Below are positions 52,000-61,535 of a stretch of 64,000 nucleotides of DNA, one piece after another. The stretch comes from Geopsychrobacteraceae bacterium. GTDB lineage: Bacteria; Desulfobacterota; Desulfuromonadia; Desulfuromonadales; Geopsychrobacteraceae. Location of the stretch: NCBI GenBank assembly GCA_963676795.2, contig CAXXTB010000002.1:1952001-2016000 (forward strand). The letters run 5' to 3'. Within the stretch, counting starts at the first letter, position 1; every line of letters begins with the position of its first letter. Below the pieces are notes generated by a model, which was given only the letters and a program-made list of their open reading frames with translations, was not told the origin of the DNA and made no database searches. A program made the translations under genes and the position numbers.

Positions 52000-54174
52000 T
52001 TAATCGATTATTTCTCCAGCCTGAAGAGATTTTCTTTTGCGCAGCCGCTGAGCGTCGTGAAGCCGTCTCTCCGCCAGACGAATCAGCTTCTCCTGGACCC
52101 CTGCGCTCCCCTTGCGGGGACGCGGATTGACCGGAATATAGCTGCCATCGGCTTGGAGTTCCCAGGCCGTCACGCGGTCATTCAACTGTAGATCCAGGAA
52201 CTCTTTCAGATCGCGACGGACGGCCTCGGTCGAAACCGGAACCAGAGTCTCGACCCGGTATTCCAGATTCCTTCTCATCGCATCGGCTGAGCCTATGAAA
52301 TAATCCTCCTCACCACCGTTATGGAAATAATAGACCCGCGCGTGTTCAAGAAAACGACCGAGGATTGAAACAACCCGGATATTTTCCGAAAGCCCGGGCA
52401 GTCCGGGCCGGATCCGGCAACTGTCGCGGACAAGCAGCTCAACCTTGACACCGGCGCTCGAAGCCCGGTAGAGCGCCTTGGTAATATCCGGGTCCTCCAG
52501 GGCATTCATTTTAAAGCGGATATGACCGGACGACTGCTCTTTATGCAGAGCTATTTCGCGTTCAATCTTGTCGAGCAGGGCCTTTTTGAGGATCTTGGGG
52601 GCCGGCAGCAGCTTTGTGTAGTTCCGCTTGGGAGTAAAACCGGTGGTCAGATAATTGAACAGCTCCGTTGCGTCACGGCCGATCTCACGGTCATAGATAA
52701 ACAGGCCGAAATCGGAATAGAGTCGCGCCGTCACCGGATGATAGTTGCCGGTCCCTATATGCACGTAGCGACGCAGACCACGATAATCTTCACGCACCAC
52801 CAGAATGACCTTGGCGTGCGTTTTAAGCCCGATGACACCGTAGGTAACGTGAATACCGGCCTCTTCCATCATGGTTGCCAGACGGATATTTGACTGTTCA
52901 TCGAAGCTCGCCTTCAGTTCAACGACAACCGCGACCTGCTTGCCATTCTGGGCGGCCTGAATCAGGTACTTGACCATCTTGCTGTCCGGGTCGGTCCGGT
53001 AGAGGGTCATCTTGATGGCCCGCACCTTGGAATCCATGGCCGATTCACGCAAAAAGCGTTCGACCGAATCGGAAAAGGACTCGTAGGGGTGCTGAAGCAG
53101 GATCTCCTTATTGTCTCGGATGACATGAAAGATACTGCGCCCTTCGGGCAGCAGCGGATGGGCCAGCGGATGATGAGGCGCATCCTTGAGCGCCGGCAGC
53201 TCCAAACGGTGCAGTTCCCAGAGATCCCGCAGGCCGAACATACAGTGACTGATGTAGACATCCCGCTCTTCATCCAGCCCCAGTTCAGCGGCAAGGCGCC
53301 CCTTGTGCAGCGGAATCATGTTGGGGGCAACCTGAATTCGGACGATAGGTGCGAAACGGCGATGCTGCAGCGTCGATTCGATCATCTCCAGCAGGTCATC
53401 GGCATCGTCCTCTTCCTTACTGGTATTGGCGTTACGGGTCACCCGAAACAGCTCGCTGCTGACAATCTCCATGCCGGGGAAAAGCAGATCAAGGTTCGCC
53501 TGGGCCAGATCCTCGACAAGAATGAAACGATACCCCTCTGTGCCGACGAGCTGAAAGCGCTTGGCTCCTGCCCCGACAGGAATCTTGACCCGCGCCATCG
53601 CCAGGGTGGTCTCTCCCGGATAGCGCAGGGTGACGAACAGGTTCAGCGACAGGTTGGAGACAAAGGGGAACGGGTGCGCCGGATCAACCGACTGTGGCGT
53701 CATCAGCGGAAACAGGTTGTCATAGAAATGATCGTCGAGCTGCTGCTGTTCCTCTGCTGAAAGCTCCGCGTAAGTCAGCACCTCGATGCCACTTTTCTTC
53801 AGATCCGCCATCAGCTCCCTGAAGATCCGATTTTTCCTCTCCTCGTAATCACCGAAATTACTGCGACACTCGTCGATCTGCTGACGGGGTGTCCGCCCGT
53901 CGACGGTCATATCCTGTATCCCGGCGGCGATCTGCTGCTTCAGACCGCCGATCCGTTTCATGAAAAATTCATCGATATTCGACCCGGCAATCGCCAGAAA
54001 CTTGACCCGCTCGAGCAGAGGGTTTCTCTCACTGGCCGCCTGGCTGAGAACCCTGTCGTTAAACTTCATCCAGCTCAGTTCCCTGTTGTTGAACAGCGTG
54101 GGATCGGTCAGATCAAACGGGCCTATCTTGAGATTTTCATCACTTTTTGCATCCTGAGCCGGACTGGCAGTCAT
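52000..54174 (-). CDS. ppk1: Polyphosphate kinase 1
   Basis: NRELSW, DEFFMKR, HPFPF, HPYESF, LKTHAK, TGNY, GRFLEH. Confidence 0.97.
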   Translation of the reverse strand: MTASPAQDAKSDENLKIGPFDLTDPTLFNNRELSWMKFNDRVLSQAASERNPLLERVKFLAIAGSNIDEFFMKRIGGLKQQIAAGIQDMTVDGRTPRQQIDECRSNFGDYEERKNRIFRELMADLKKSGIEVLTYAELSAEEQQQLDDHFYDNLFPLMTPQSVDPAHPFPFVSNLSLNLFVTLRYPGETTLAMARVKIPVGAGAKRFQLVGTEGYRFILVEDLAQANLDLLFPGMEIVSSELFRVTRNANTSKEEDDADDLLEMIESTLQHRRFAPIVRIQVAPNMIPLHKGRLAAELGLDEERDVYISHCMFGLRDLWELHRLELPALKDAPHHPLAHPLLPEGRSIFHVIRDNKEILLQHPYESFSDSVERFLRESAMDSKVRAIKMTLYRTDPDSKMVKYLIQAAQNGKQVAVVVELKASFDEQSNIRLATMMEEAGIHVTYGVIGLKTHAKVILVVREDYRGLRRYVHIGTGNYHPVTARLYSDFGLFIYDREIGRDATELFNYLTTGFTPKRNYTKLLPAPKILKKALLDKIEREIALHKEQSSGHIRFKMNALEDPDITKALYRASSAGVKVELLVRDSCRIRPGLPGLSENIRVVSILGRFLEHARVYYFHNGGEEDYFIGSADAMRRNLEYRVETLVPVSTEAVRRDLKEFLDLQLNDRVTAWELQADGSYIPVNPRPRKGSAGVQEKLIRLAERRLHDAQRLRKRKSLQAGEIID

Positions 54175-54442
54175 TCTCTGTCTCCATAAAAATTGTGAAT
54201 ACTTACAGCTTCAACAAAATTAAACTATACCAAACGATTAACAATAATAGAGAAATATGAGCTTTATGTTAGCGTTAACAGGTAACGACATTTTTTTACG
54301 CGGTTTTACCTGACAGCGTTAAAATCCGCGACAAGACATTGAACTTTCTAAGATACGGCAGTATAAGAACAGCAGCAGAACGGAACCATCTCTCTAACAA
54401 AATTGGGGGCATTGCTCCGCAACCCCACTGGAAGTTGACTGC

Positions 54443-56014
54443 ATGGACAAAAAAACAACTCCCGAACCGCCTGAAAAACCACGCCGCTTTTCCGCAATCG
54501 ATATTGGGACCAACTCGATTCGCTGCATTATCGTTGAAACAGACAGTCTGGGCGGATTCCGCGTTCAAGGTGATGAGAAAGCCATGGTGCGCCTCGGCCA
54601 GGGGCTCAACGAAACCGGAATGATTTCCCCGGCCGCCCAGGAAAGAGCTATTGAAGCGCTCAAGCGCATGGCCCAGATCAGCGTCGGACTGGGCGCCGAA
54701 ATTGCCGCCGCAGTCGCCACCTCTGCCGTGCGCAAAGCCGTAAACCAGACGGAATTCCTGGCCAGCGTCAAAGACGAAACAGGGCTCGAGATCTCGGTTA
54801 TCTCCGGCGAGCAGGAAGCCGAACTGGCCGCACTGAGCGTTCAGCACAATTTTGCCACGGGGCAGCAGCGCTTCGGGGTCGCCGATATCGGTGGCGGCAG
54901 CGTCGAGATCGTCGTTTCCAGCGGAGGCCATACCGAATGTGTCGAGTCCCTGGAGTTGGGTGCTGTCTTTCTGACGGAAAAGTTTCTCCACAGCGACCCC
55001 TTTACCGAAGAGGAGCTGAAACAGCTGCGCAAATATATCCGCAAGCAGCTCAAACATGTCGACATCGGTGACGGCCTCCCGGTTTCATGCCTGATCGGCT
55101 CAGGCGGCACCATGACCAACATCGGCACCATGGTCATGGCCATGCGCGGCGAGCAGTACGACTCGGTACATCGCTACGAGATACTCCATTCGGAAATCAT
55201 CCACCTGCTCGCCATGCTCTCGCGCAAAAGCCACAAGGAACGGCTGAGCATCGCCGGACTGAACCCGGAGCGGGCCGATATCATCATCGCCGGCATGATC
55301 CTGACCGATGAACTGATGCGCCGGATGCACACCAATCTGCTGCGGATCAACGCGCAAGGGATCCGCGAAGGGCTGATCCTGCAGAGCCTGCAGAAAAAGG
55401 GGTTGCTGCCGAAGATCAAGCAGGATCGCAACTGGAGAGCGGCCATCATCAAGTTTGCCCGCTCCTGCCGTTTCGACGAGAGCCATTCGACCCAGGTCTG
55501 CACCCTGACCCTGGCCATATTTGCCGCACTGGCCAGGGACCACAAGCTGACCGAACGCCACCAGAACCTGCTTGAGGCGGCGGCCCTGCTCCATGACATC
55601 GGCTACTTCATCAGCTACGACAGTCATCACAAGCACTCCTACCACCTGATTCGTCACGCCAACCTGTTCGGCTTCACCCCACGGGAACGTGAAATCATTG
55701 CCAACCTGGCGCGCTACCACCGCAAATCGCTCCCCAAAAAGAAGCATGAAAACTTTGCCTGTCTGAGCGATGAGGACAAAACCCTGGTGCGCAAACTCGG
55801 AGGTATCCTGCGCCTGGCAGACGGCCTTGATCGCAGGCGTAACCGCCAGGTCGCTGACATCCGGTGCCATTACGCTTCAGACAAAAAACGATTTGAACTC
55901 AGCCTGACCGGAGCGGGCGACCTTTCTGTCGAAGTTTATGGTGCAGAAAGCAAGGGGGACCTCTTCTGTCAGGCGTTTGACTGCGAACTCATAGTCACAA
56001 CGGTGCAACCATGA
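54443..56014 (+). CDS. ppx: Exopolyphosphatase Ppx/GppA with HD domain
   Basis: IDIGTNS, DIGGGSVE, GIREG, LLHDIG...HHKHS. Confidence 0.93.
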   Translation: MDKKTTPEPPEKPRRFSAIDIGTNSIRCIIVETDSLGGFRVQGDEKAMVRLGQGLNETGMISPAAQERAIEALKRMAQISVGLGAEIAAAVATSAVRKAVNQTEFLASVKDETGLEISVISGEQEAELAALSVQHNFATGQQRFGVADIGGGSVEIVVSSGGHTECVESLELGAVFLTEKFLHSDPFTEEELKQLRKYIRKQLKHVDIGDGLPVSCLIGSGGTMTNIGTMVMAMRGEQYDSVHRYEILHSEIIHLLAMLSRKSHKERLSIAGLNPERADIIIAGMILTDELMRRMHTNLLRINAQGIREGLILQSLQKKGLLPKIKQDRNWRAAIIKFARSCRFDESHSTQVCTLTLAIFAALARDHKLTERHQNLLEAAALLHDIGYFISYDSHHKHSYHLIRHANLFGFTPREREIIANLARYHRKSLPKKKHENFACLSDEDKTLVRKLGGILRLADGLDRRRNRQVADIRCHYASDKKRFELSLTGAGDLSVEVYGAESKGDLFCQAFDCELIVTTVQP

Positions 56015-56508
56015 AGAGGCTCACCCTGATCCGTCACGCCAAGTCCGATTGGACGGATCCGGATCTCGACGACTTTGAACGCCCGCTCAACCCGCGCGGC
56101 AAAAAGGCAGCCCCACAGATGGGTGCCCGGATATTTCAGCGGGGGATCATTCCGGAGCTGATTGTCGCCAGCAAGGCGAAACGCGCCAAGAAAACCGCGC
56201 AGCTCATCGCCCGGGAACTCGACATCCATCCCGCCACTGTCATTCTCAAGAAAAAACTCTATGCGGTCCGCCTCGATGATCTGCTCCAGGAGGTCAGACG
56301 GCTTCCCGATGTCAACCACATCGCCCTGGTCGGCCACAACCCGGAACTGAGCGAACTCGCCCAATGGCTCTGCACAGACAGCCCCGAATGGCTGCCAACT
56401 TGCGCGGTCCTGACCCTGGAGCTGAATATCGGCCAATGGCCAGACATTTCACCGGAATGTGCTAGACTCGTAGAATACGACTACCCGAAAAAACGCAACA
56501 ATATCTGA
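56011..56508 (+). CDS. Histidine phosphatase, SixA-like
   Basis: RHAKS, DFERPL, VGHNP; ATGA overlap with ppx. Confidence 0.88.
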   Translation: MKRLTLIRHAKSDWTDPDLDDFERPLNPRGKKAAPQMGARIFQRGIIPELIVASKAKRAKKTAQLIARELDIHPATVILKKKLYAVRLDDLLQEVRRLPDVNHIALVGHNPELSELAQWLCTDSPEWLPTCAVLTLELNIGQWPDISPECARLVEYDYPKKRNNI

Positions 56509-56530
56509 TTCTTACCCAGAAGGGGGGGGC

Positions 56531-57379
56531 ATGGCAAAAGGAAACGGAAAGAAAGAGAACCGCAAGTTTGATCGTGCCAGTCAGACCCGCATCACGCCGG
56601 AACGGACCATCAGCAACAAAGACTATGAACAGGCTCTCGGCAAGCTGCAGGTCGAACTGGTCAAGCTGCAGGAATGGATCAAGGCCAGAAAACTCAAGGT
56701 CGTCATCATCTTCGAAGGACGCGATGCGGCAGGCAAAGGGGGCTGCATCAAACGCATCACCGAATGCATGAATCCGCGTACGGCCAGGATTGTCGCCCTC
56801 CCCACTCCGACGGAGCGGGAAAAAACCCAGTGGTATTTTCAACGCTACACACAACACCTACCGGCCGGTGGAGAGCTGGTTCTTTTCGACCGTAGCTGGT
56901 ACAACCGCGCCGGGGTGGAAAAGGTAATGGGCTTCTGTAGTGAAGAGGATTACCGCGAGTTTCTGCGCTCCTGCCCCGAATTTGAACGAATGCTGGTGCG
57001 CAGCGGCATCATCCTGATCAAGTACTGGTTCTCCATCTGTAACGAAGAACAGGAAAAGCGTTTCCAGGCCCGCAACAACGAACCGACCAAACGCTGGAAG
57101 CTCAGCCCGATGGACCTCGAATCGCGGGCCCGCTGGGTTGAGTATTCGATGGCCAAGGATCAGATGTTCGCCCATACCGATATCAAGCAGGCCCCCTGGT
57201 ACGTGGTTGACGGCGACAACAAAAAACGCGCCAGGCTGAATGTCATCAGCCACCTGCTCAGCCTGTTTGAATATGAGGACCTGACACCACCACCGATCAA
57301 GATGCCGTCCCGCCCGCCGGAGATCGGCTATGTCAGGCCGCCGCTCTCCGAGCAGACCTTTATTCCTGAGATCTATTGA
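56531..57379 (+). CDS. ppk2: Polyphosphate kinase 2 (single domain)
   Basis: EGRDAAGKGG, WYFQRY, FDRSWY, WKLSPMD. Confidence 0.95.
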   Translation: MAKGNGKKENRKFDRASQTRITPERTISNKDYEQALGKLQVELVKLQEWIKARKLKVVIIFEGRDAAGKGGCIKRITECMNPRTARIVALPTPTEREKTQWYFQRYTQHLPAGGELVLFDRSWYNRAGVEKVMGFCSEEDYREFLRSCPEFERMLVRSGIILIKYWFSICNEEQEKRFQARNNEPTKRWKLSPMDLESRARWVEYSMAKDQMFAHTDIKQAPWYVVDGDNKKRARLNVISHLLSLFEYEDLTPPPIKMPSRPPEIGYVRPPLSEQTFIPEIY

Positions 57380-58055
57380 TCCGGGCACTCACCTCCGATG
57401 CGCCGTCATCATGTAGTTCAACGACGGTCATCGGAGACCCCGGAGGGCCGCTCGGCCCTTCATAGCGGACAAAGACCCCATCGTTTTTTCGTAACCAGTA
57501 GGAACTGCTCCAGAACTTTGCTCTGAGACCGGTCAACCGGATCTTCAACTTCAGGGTGGCGATCGTCTCGCCCTGTATTGTCAGCTGCTCCTCACCGACC
57601 AAATTCACCTGCATCCGGTAGACATCCAGGGTGTCAGGACGCACGCTCCAGAACTCCTGACGCTCGCCCTCCCCTTCGTGGTACAACCTTAGAGCGTATG
57701 ACAGAGCCTGATACCAGGGGGAATCATCGATATCAACGCTCTTTTCAAGAGCTTCCCCACGAAAAACCCCGGCAAAGATCAACCTGTTTTCCTCTCTGCG
57801 AACTTCGAGGCGAGTCTGTGTCTCGGGATCGTCCACAGTCCATCTGTGGGTCGCATAATCGCCATCAAAATAGGTGACATCCAGTTCGGGACCGATCGTT
57901 GTGGTCAGCTCCGAATTATCAACAGCCAGCAACGACCAGCTGAGCAGAACCTCTTTGTCACCGGTGGTCTGCCGGTAGATATGCTGTTCGGCAAAACACA
58001 GCTGTGGCACCAGAACAATCAGTGCCATTAAGAAGATACACACGAATCTAAACAT
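57360..58055 (-). CDS. Secreted hypothetical protein
   Basis: Signal peptide-like N-terminus, beta-rich mature region; GGAAGG RBS before ATG 58055. Confidence 0.65.
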   Translation of the reverse strand: MFRFVCIFLMALIVLVPQLCFAEQHIYRQTTGDKEVLLSWSLLAVDNSELTTTIGPELDVTYFDGDYATHRWTVDDPETQTRLEVRREENRLIFAGVFRGEALEKSVDIDDSPWYQALSYALRLYHEGEGERQEFWSVRPDTLDVYRMQVNLVGEEQLTIQGETIATLKLKIRLTGLRAKFWSSSYWLRKNDGVFVRYEGPSGPPGSPMTVVELHDDGASEVSARINRSQE

Positions 58056-58317
58056 AAAACCTTCCCGCAGACAGGTCATCTTTCAAAAGCAAAGTCCACA
58101 ATCAACAGTTGAGCATAACCCATTATCAAAACAGCTGACCATCAATAAACTTGTACTATCACCGGTAAATACCAGGATTGTGTGAGGCCCGCCCCTGACA
58201 TTCCTCTAACATATTGTTAGAAATCGGGCCGCCCATTGCACTTTATTTGCGGAACTGCTATGGATTACTTACCGAGATTACAATAACTTACAATAAGTTC
58301 GTTCACTATTGACGACC

Positions 58318-59832
58318 ATGGCATACTTACAATATTGGCAAATAGATCAACAGCCCTCTGATCAGGAGCTTGAAATATGTCTGCCGGACGGCTGGTACTT
58401 CGAGCTGATCGACGAATCTGAGCGCAACCTTGAAGTCCTCGATTCAGCTGACTGGAGAATCTGGAAAAAAGATCAGCTGCTGATCCGTGAGCACAATCAA
58501 CTGACCCTGTATTCTAACGGAGAGATTCTGGCTACGGCAAGGTACAGAGCCAGGGACCGCTTCTGGTGGCAGCTTGCTGCCTCCCCGCTTGGAGCTGCAC
58601 TCAAGGAGCTGCTCGGGCTGCGTGCCTTTGTCAAACAACATCATCTCCGTCTGCATGAGACCCATTTCAATCTTCTCAACGAAGATACGAAAATCATCGC
58701 CAGAATCAGCCTGATCAGGTCCGCCGGCTCTGAACGCAGCTATTTGGGCCTGGAGACCCTGCGCGGCTATGAAAAGGAAAGCGCAGTATACCTGCAGGGG
58801 CTGAACCATCTACCTCTGAGCCCCTTGACAGATCTGGCCCTGCGCCACCTGGCCAGCGCGACCGGCATCGACCAGCTCATCGGCAACAAACTGAAACTGC
58901 CATACCAGCTCACAGCGACGGATCCTGCAGAAATCGCGGTCTGCGGACTGGCCGAGAACATGCTGACTGTCGCCGTAACCCAGGAACGGGGAATCATCGA
59001 CGACATCGACACGGAGTTTCTCCATCACTACCGGGTCCAACTGAGAAAAGCCAGGTCCCTGATAAGTCTCTGTAAAAACGCCCTGAGCAAAGAACGCTCA
59101 AGGAGGCTGAAAGATGAACTTAAGATTCACGCAGTCAGAACAAACAGACTGCGCGACCTCGATGTCTTCCTCCTCGACAAGGACCACTACCTGCAACTGC
59201 TGCCAAAGGAGCTGCACCACGGCTTCAGGCAGCTGTTTCAGAAGATCAGGAAGAGGCGGACAAGAGCCTGGAAATCGGTCGCGGACTCGCTCTTAAGCGA
59301 AGATTACCGGGCACAGATCAAAGAGCTGTTCAAGCAACTGCGTCAGCCCCCGGAACTGTCGGCCAAGGAATCAGGAAGCGACATCCTCTCCCTGGCCAGC
59401 CGCAAGATCGACCGCCAGTACCGTAAGATTCTCAAAGACGGGGGCTGTATTTCCGACCACACCCCGGACGAAGAGGTCCATGAGCTGCGCATCGAGTGCA
59501 AAAAACTACGCTACCTGCTGGAATTTTTCAGCGAGCTGTTCCCGGACAAAGAGCTGAAACAACTCGTCAGGCAACTGAAAAAACTGCAGGACAATCTCGG
59601 CCGCTTCAACGATTATTCCGTCCAGCAGGAATTTCTCCTCGAGCTGGCCCGGGACCACCAGCTCCCCGGGGAGCAGCTGGCCAGCATTAACGGACTTATC
59701 GCCGTTCTTTTCAATATGCAACGCATTGAACGCACCCGGGTAGTTGCCAATATCCAGGAGTTCAGTGCGCCAGCGGTACAGGAAAAATTCACCGCACTTT
59801 TCACCAATCCAGAACAGGATCAGATGTCATGA
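58318..59832 (+). CDS. CHAD domain protein (polyphosphate-binding) with ~200 aa N-terminal extension
   Basis: EFLHHYRV..RKARS, RDLDV, VHELRIECKKLRY, QDNLG..ND; TTG 58309 is an alternative start. Confidence 0.9.
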   Translation: MAYLQYWQIDQQPSDQELEICLPDGWYFELIDESERNLEVLDSADWRIWKKDQLLIREHNQLTLYSNGEILATARYRARDRFWWQLAASPLGAALKELLGLRAFVKQHHLRLHETHFNLLNEDTKIIARISLIRSAGSERSYLGLETLRGYEKESAVYLQGLNHLPLSPLTDLALRHLASATGIDQLIGNKLKLPYQLTATDPAEIAVCGLAENMLTVAVTQERGIIDDIDTEFLHHYRVQLRKARSLISLCKNALSKERSRRLKDELKIHAVRTNRLRDLDVFLLDKDHYLQLLPKELHHGFRQLFQKIRKRRTRAWKSVADSLLSEDYRAQIKELFKQLRQPPELSAKESGSDILSLASRKIDRQYRKILKDGGCISDHTPDEEVHELRIECKKLRYLLEFFSELFPDKELKQLVRQLKKLQDNLGRFNDYSVQQEFLLELARDHQLPGEQLASINGLIAVLFNMQRIERTRVVANIQEFSAPAVQEKFTALFTNPEQDQMS

Positions 59833-60584
59833 AGATTGTCGCCCTCTATTCGATCAAGGGAGGCGTAGGTAAAACGGCCTCTGCCGTCAACCTGGCCTAC
59901 TGGGCCGCCCGTTCCGGCCAGCGCACCCTGCTGCTCGATCTCGATTCCCAGGGCGCCTCGTCTTTTTACTTCAGGGTCAAAAGCGGCGACAAAAAGGACT
60001 GGGGCAAGCGTTTCTTCAAAGCATCTTCGCAACTTGCCAAACAGATCAAGGCCAGTGATTTTCCGGGACTGGACATCATCCCTGCCCACCTGTCTTTCCG
60101 AAATTTCGATATACTCCTGAGGGATCTGGGGGACAAAAAAAATCGCCTGGGAAAAGCGCTGGATGAGCTCAAGGAGGAATATGACCTGATCATTCTCGAC
60201 TGTCCGCCGACAATCAGCCAGCTGGCCGAGAATATCTTCAGTGCTGCCGACCTGGTCCTGGTCCCGGTTATTCCGACAACCCTGTCCGAACGGACCTTTG
60301 ATCAGTTGAATGAATTTTTCAAGGAAGAGGACTACAAGAAAAAAAGGCTGATCCCCTTTTTCACCATGGTTGACGGGCGTAAACAGCTGCACCGCGTGAC
60401 CGCCGAAACCATGCGCAAAAAGAACAAGCGGTTCCTTTACAATGCGGTCCCCTTTTCGACCGACGTTGAAAAAATGGGAGTCCACCGCGCTCCTGTGAAT
60501 CAGTTCGCCAGGTCGAGCATCGCCAACCGGGCCTACCTGGCCATCTGGCGCGAGGTGGAAAACCTGCTCAAGGTGGATGATTGA
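59829..60584 (+). CDS. ParA/MinD family ATPase
   Basis: Deviant Walker A KGGVGKT, DLDSQG, DCPP; ATGA overlap with the CHAD gene. Confidence 0.92.
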   Translation: MKIVALYSIKGGVGKTASAVNLAYWAARSGQRTLLLDLDSQGASSFYFRVKSGDKKDWGKRFFKASSQLAKQIKASDFPGLDIIPAHLSFRNFDILLRDLGDKKNRLGKALDELKEEYDLIILDCPPTISQLAENIFSAADLVLVPVIPTTLSERTFDQLNEFFKEEDYKKKRLIPFFTMVDGRKQLHRVTAETMRKKNKRFLYNAVPFSTDVEKMGVHRAPVNQFARSSIANRAYLAIWREVENLLKVDD

Positions 60585-61057
60585 TGGGTGTCGAGATCGA
60601 ACGAAAGTTCCTCATCACAACCCTGCCACAGGGCCTGCTTAACGGCGTGGCGGGTGAAGAGATCCTCCAGGGCTACCTGATCTGCGACGATTCCCGGGAA
60701 CTGCGCCTGCGCAAAAGAGCCGGGCGGTACCTGATGACGGTCAAGAGAGGAAGCGGCCTCACCCGCATGGAAGAGGAGCAGCCTATCGACCGGCAACTGT
60801 TCGACATGCTCTGGCCCCTGACGGAAAACAGGCGAATTGAAAAAGTCCGTTACTGCCTGCAGCACGGAGAGCATCTTCTTGAAATCGATATTTTCAAAGG
60901 GGCTCTGGCACCACTGATTCTGCTTGAAGTTGAATTTGCTGACGCAGCCGCCAGCGCCGACTTTAAGGTCCCAGGTTTTATCGAAAAAGAAGTGACCGAC
61001 GATAAAAACTGCAAAAACTCGCAACTGGCGAACCGGCATATTTCTGACAAACTGTGA
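60584..61057 (+). CDS. CYTH domain protein (triphosphate tunnel metalloenzyme)
   Basis: EIERKFL, QGYL, TVK, KVRY, EVEF; TGATG overlap with the ParA gene. Confidence 0.92.
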   Translation: MGVEIERKFLITTLPQGLLNGVAGEEILQGYLICDDSRELRLRKRAGRYLMTVKRGSGLTRMEEEQPIDRQLFDMLWPLTENRRIEKVRYCLQHGEHLLEIDIFKGALAPLILLEVEFADAAASADFKVPGFIEKEVTDDKNCKNSQLANRHISDKL

Positions 61058-61095
61058 ATGACTGGCATTCACCATTCAACCTCGGGGGTACACAG

Positions 61096-61416
61096 ATGGC
61101 AACTGACATTGAAAAGGTTTCCGGTATCGGTCCTGCGACCGCTGCATTCCTCAGATCTCAAGGGATCTCAAGCGCGGAAGACCTGGCCGGTATAACAGTG
61201 GAACAGGTCGCCGCTCTGAAAGGATTCAGCACCTCTCGCGCTGGGCTGGTCATCACTGCGGCCAAAGAGCTGCTGACTGCTGCTGCCAACGACAGTGCAG
61301 ACGAGCCGGCAGCAGGCACAAAAGAGAAGAAAAAGAAGGATAAAGACAAGAAGAAAGATAAAAAGAAGGACAAGAAGAAGGATAAGGACAAAAAAAAGAA
61401 AAAGAAGAAAAAATAG
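61096..61416 (+). CDS. Helix-hairpin-helix protein with lysine-rich C-terminal tail
   Basis: VSGIGPATA and LKGFSTSRA HhH motifs; last 31 residues are 24 K, 6 D, 1 E; GGGGG RBS. Confidence 0.8.
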   Translation: MATDIEKVSGIGPATAAFLRSQGISSAEDLAGITVEQVAALKGFSTSRAGLVITAAKELLTAAANDSADEPAAGTKEKKKKDKDKKKDKKKDKKKDKDKKKKKKKK

Positions 61417-61481
61417 AGTCTGGTTATTATTCAAGAAGAAATTAGGAGACAATGAGAGGAATGTAAGGTTCTTGCTAACAA

Positions 61482-61517
61482 TGTAAAAAGGCCGATAGAG
61501 CTACCGGCCTTTTTACA
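61482..61517. terminator. Bidirectional intrinsic terminator
   Basis: Perfect 13 bp stem TGTAAAAAGGCCG...CGGCCTTTTTACA. Confidence 0.82.
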
Positions 61518-61535
61518 CCTGACAGACAGATCGAC

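Noticed and set aside
59829..60584. Chromosome or plasmid partitioning parA, or a mobile element marker
   Set aside because: No parB, parS-like palindrome, rep or integrase nearby; the gene overlaps the CHAD and CYTH genes instead
61321..61413. Purine-rich microsatellite or assembly artefact
   Set aside because: Stays in frame, uses mixed synonymous codons and ends at a stop codon followed by a terminator
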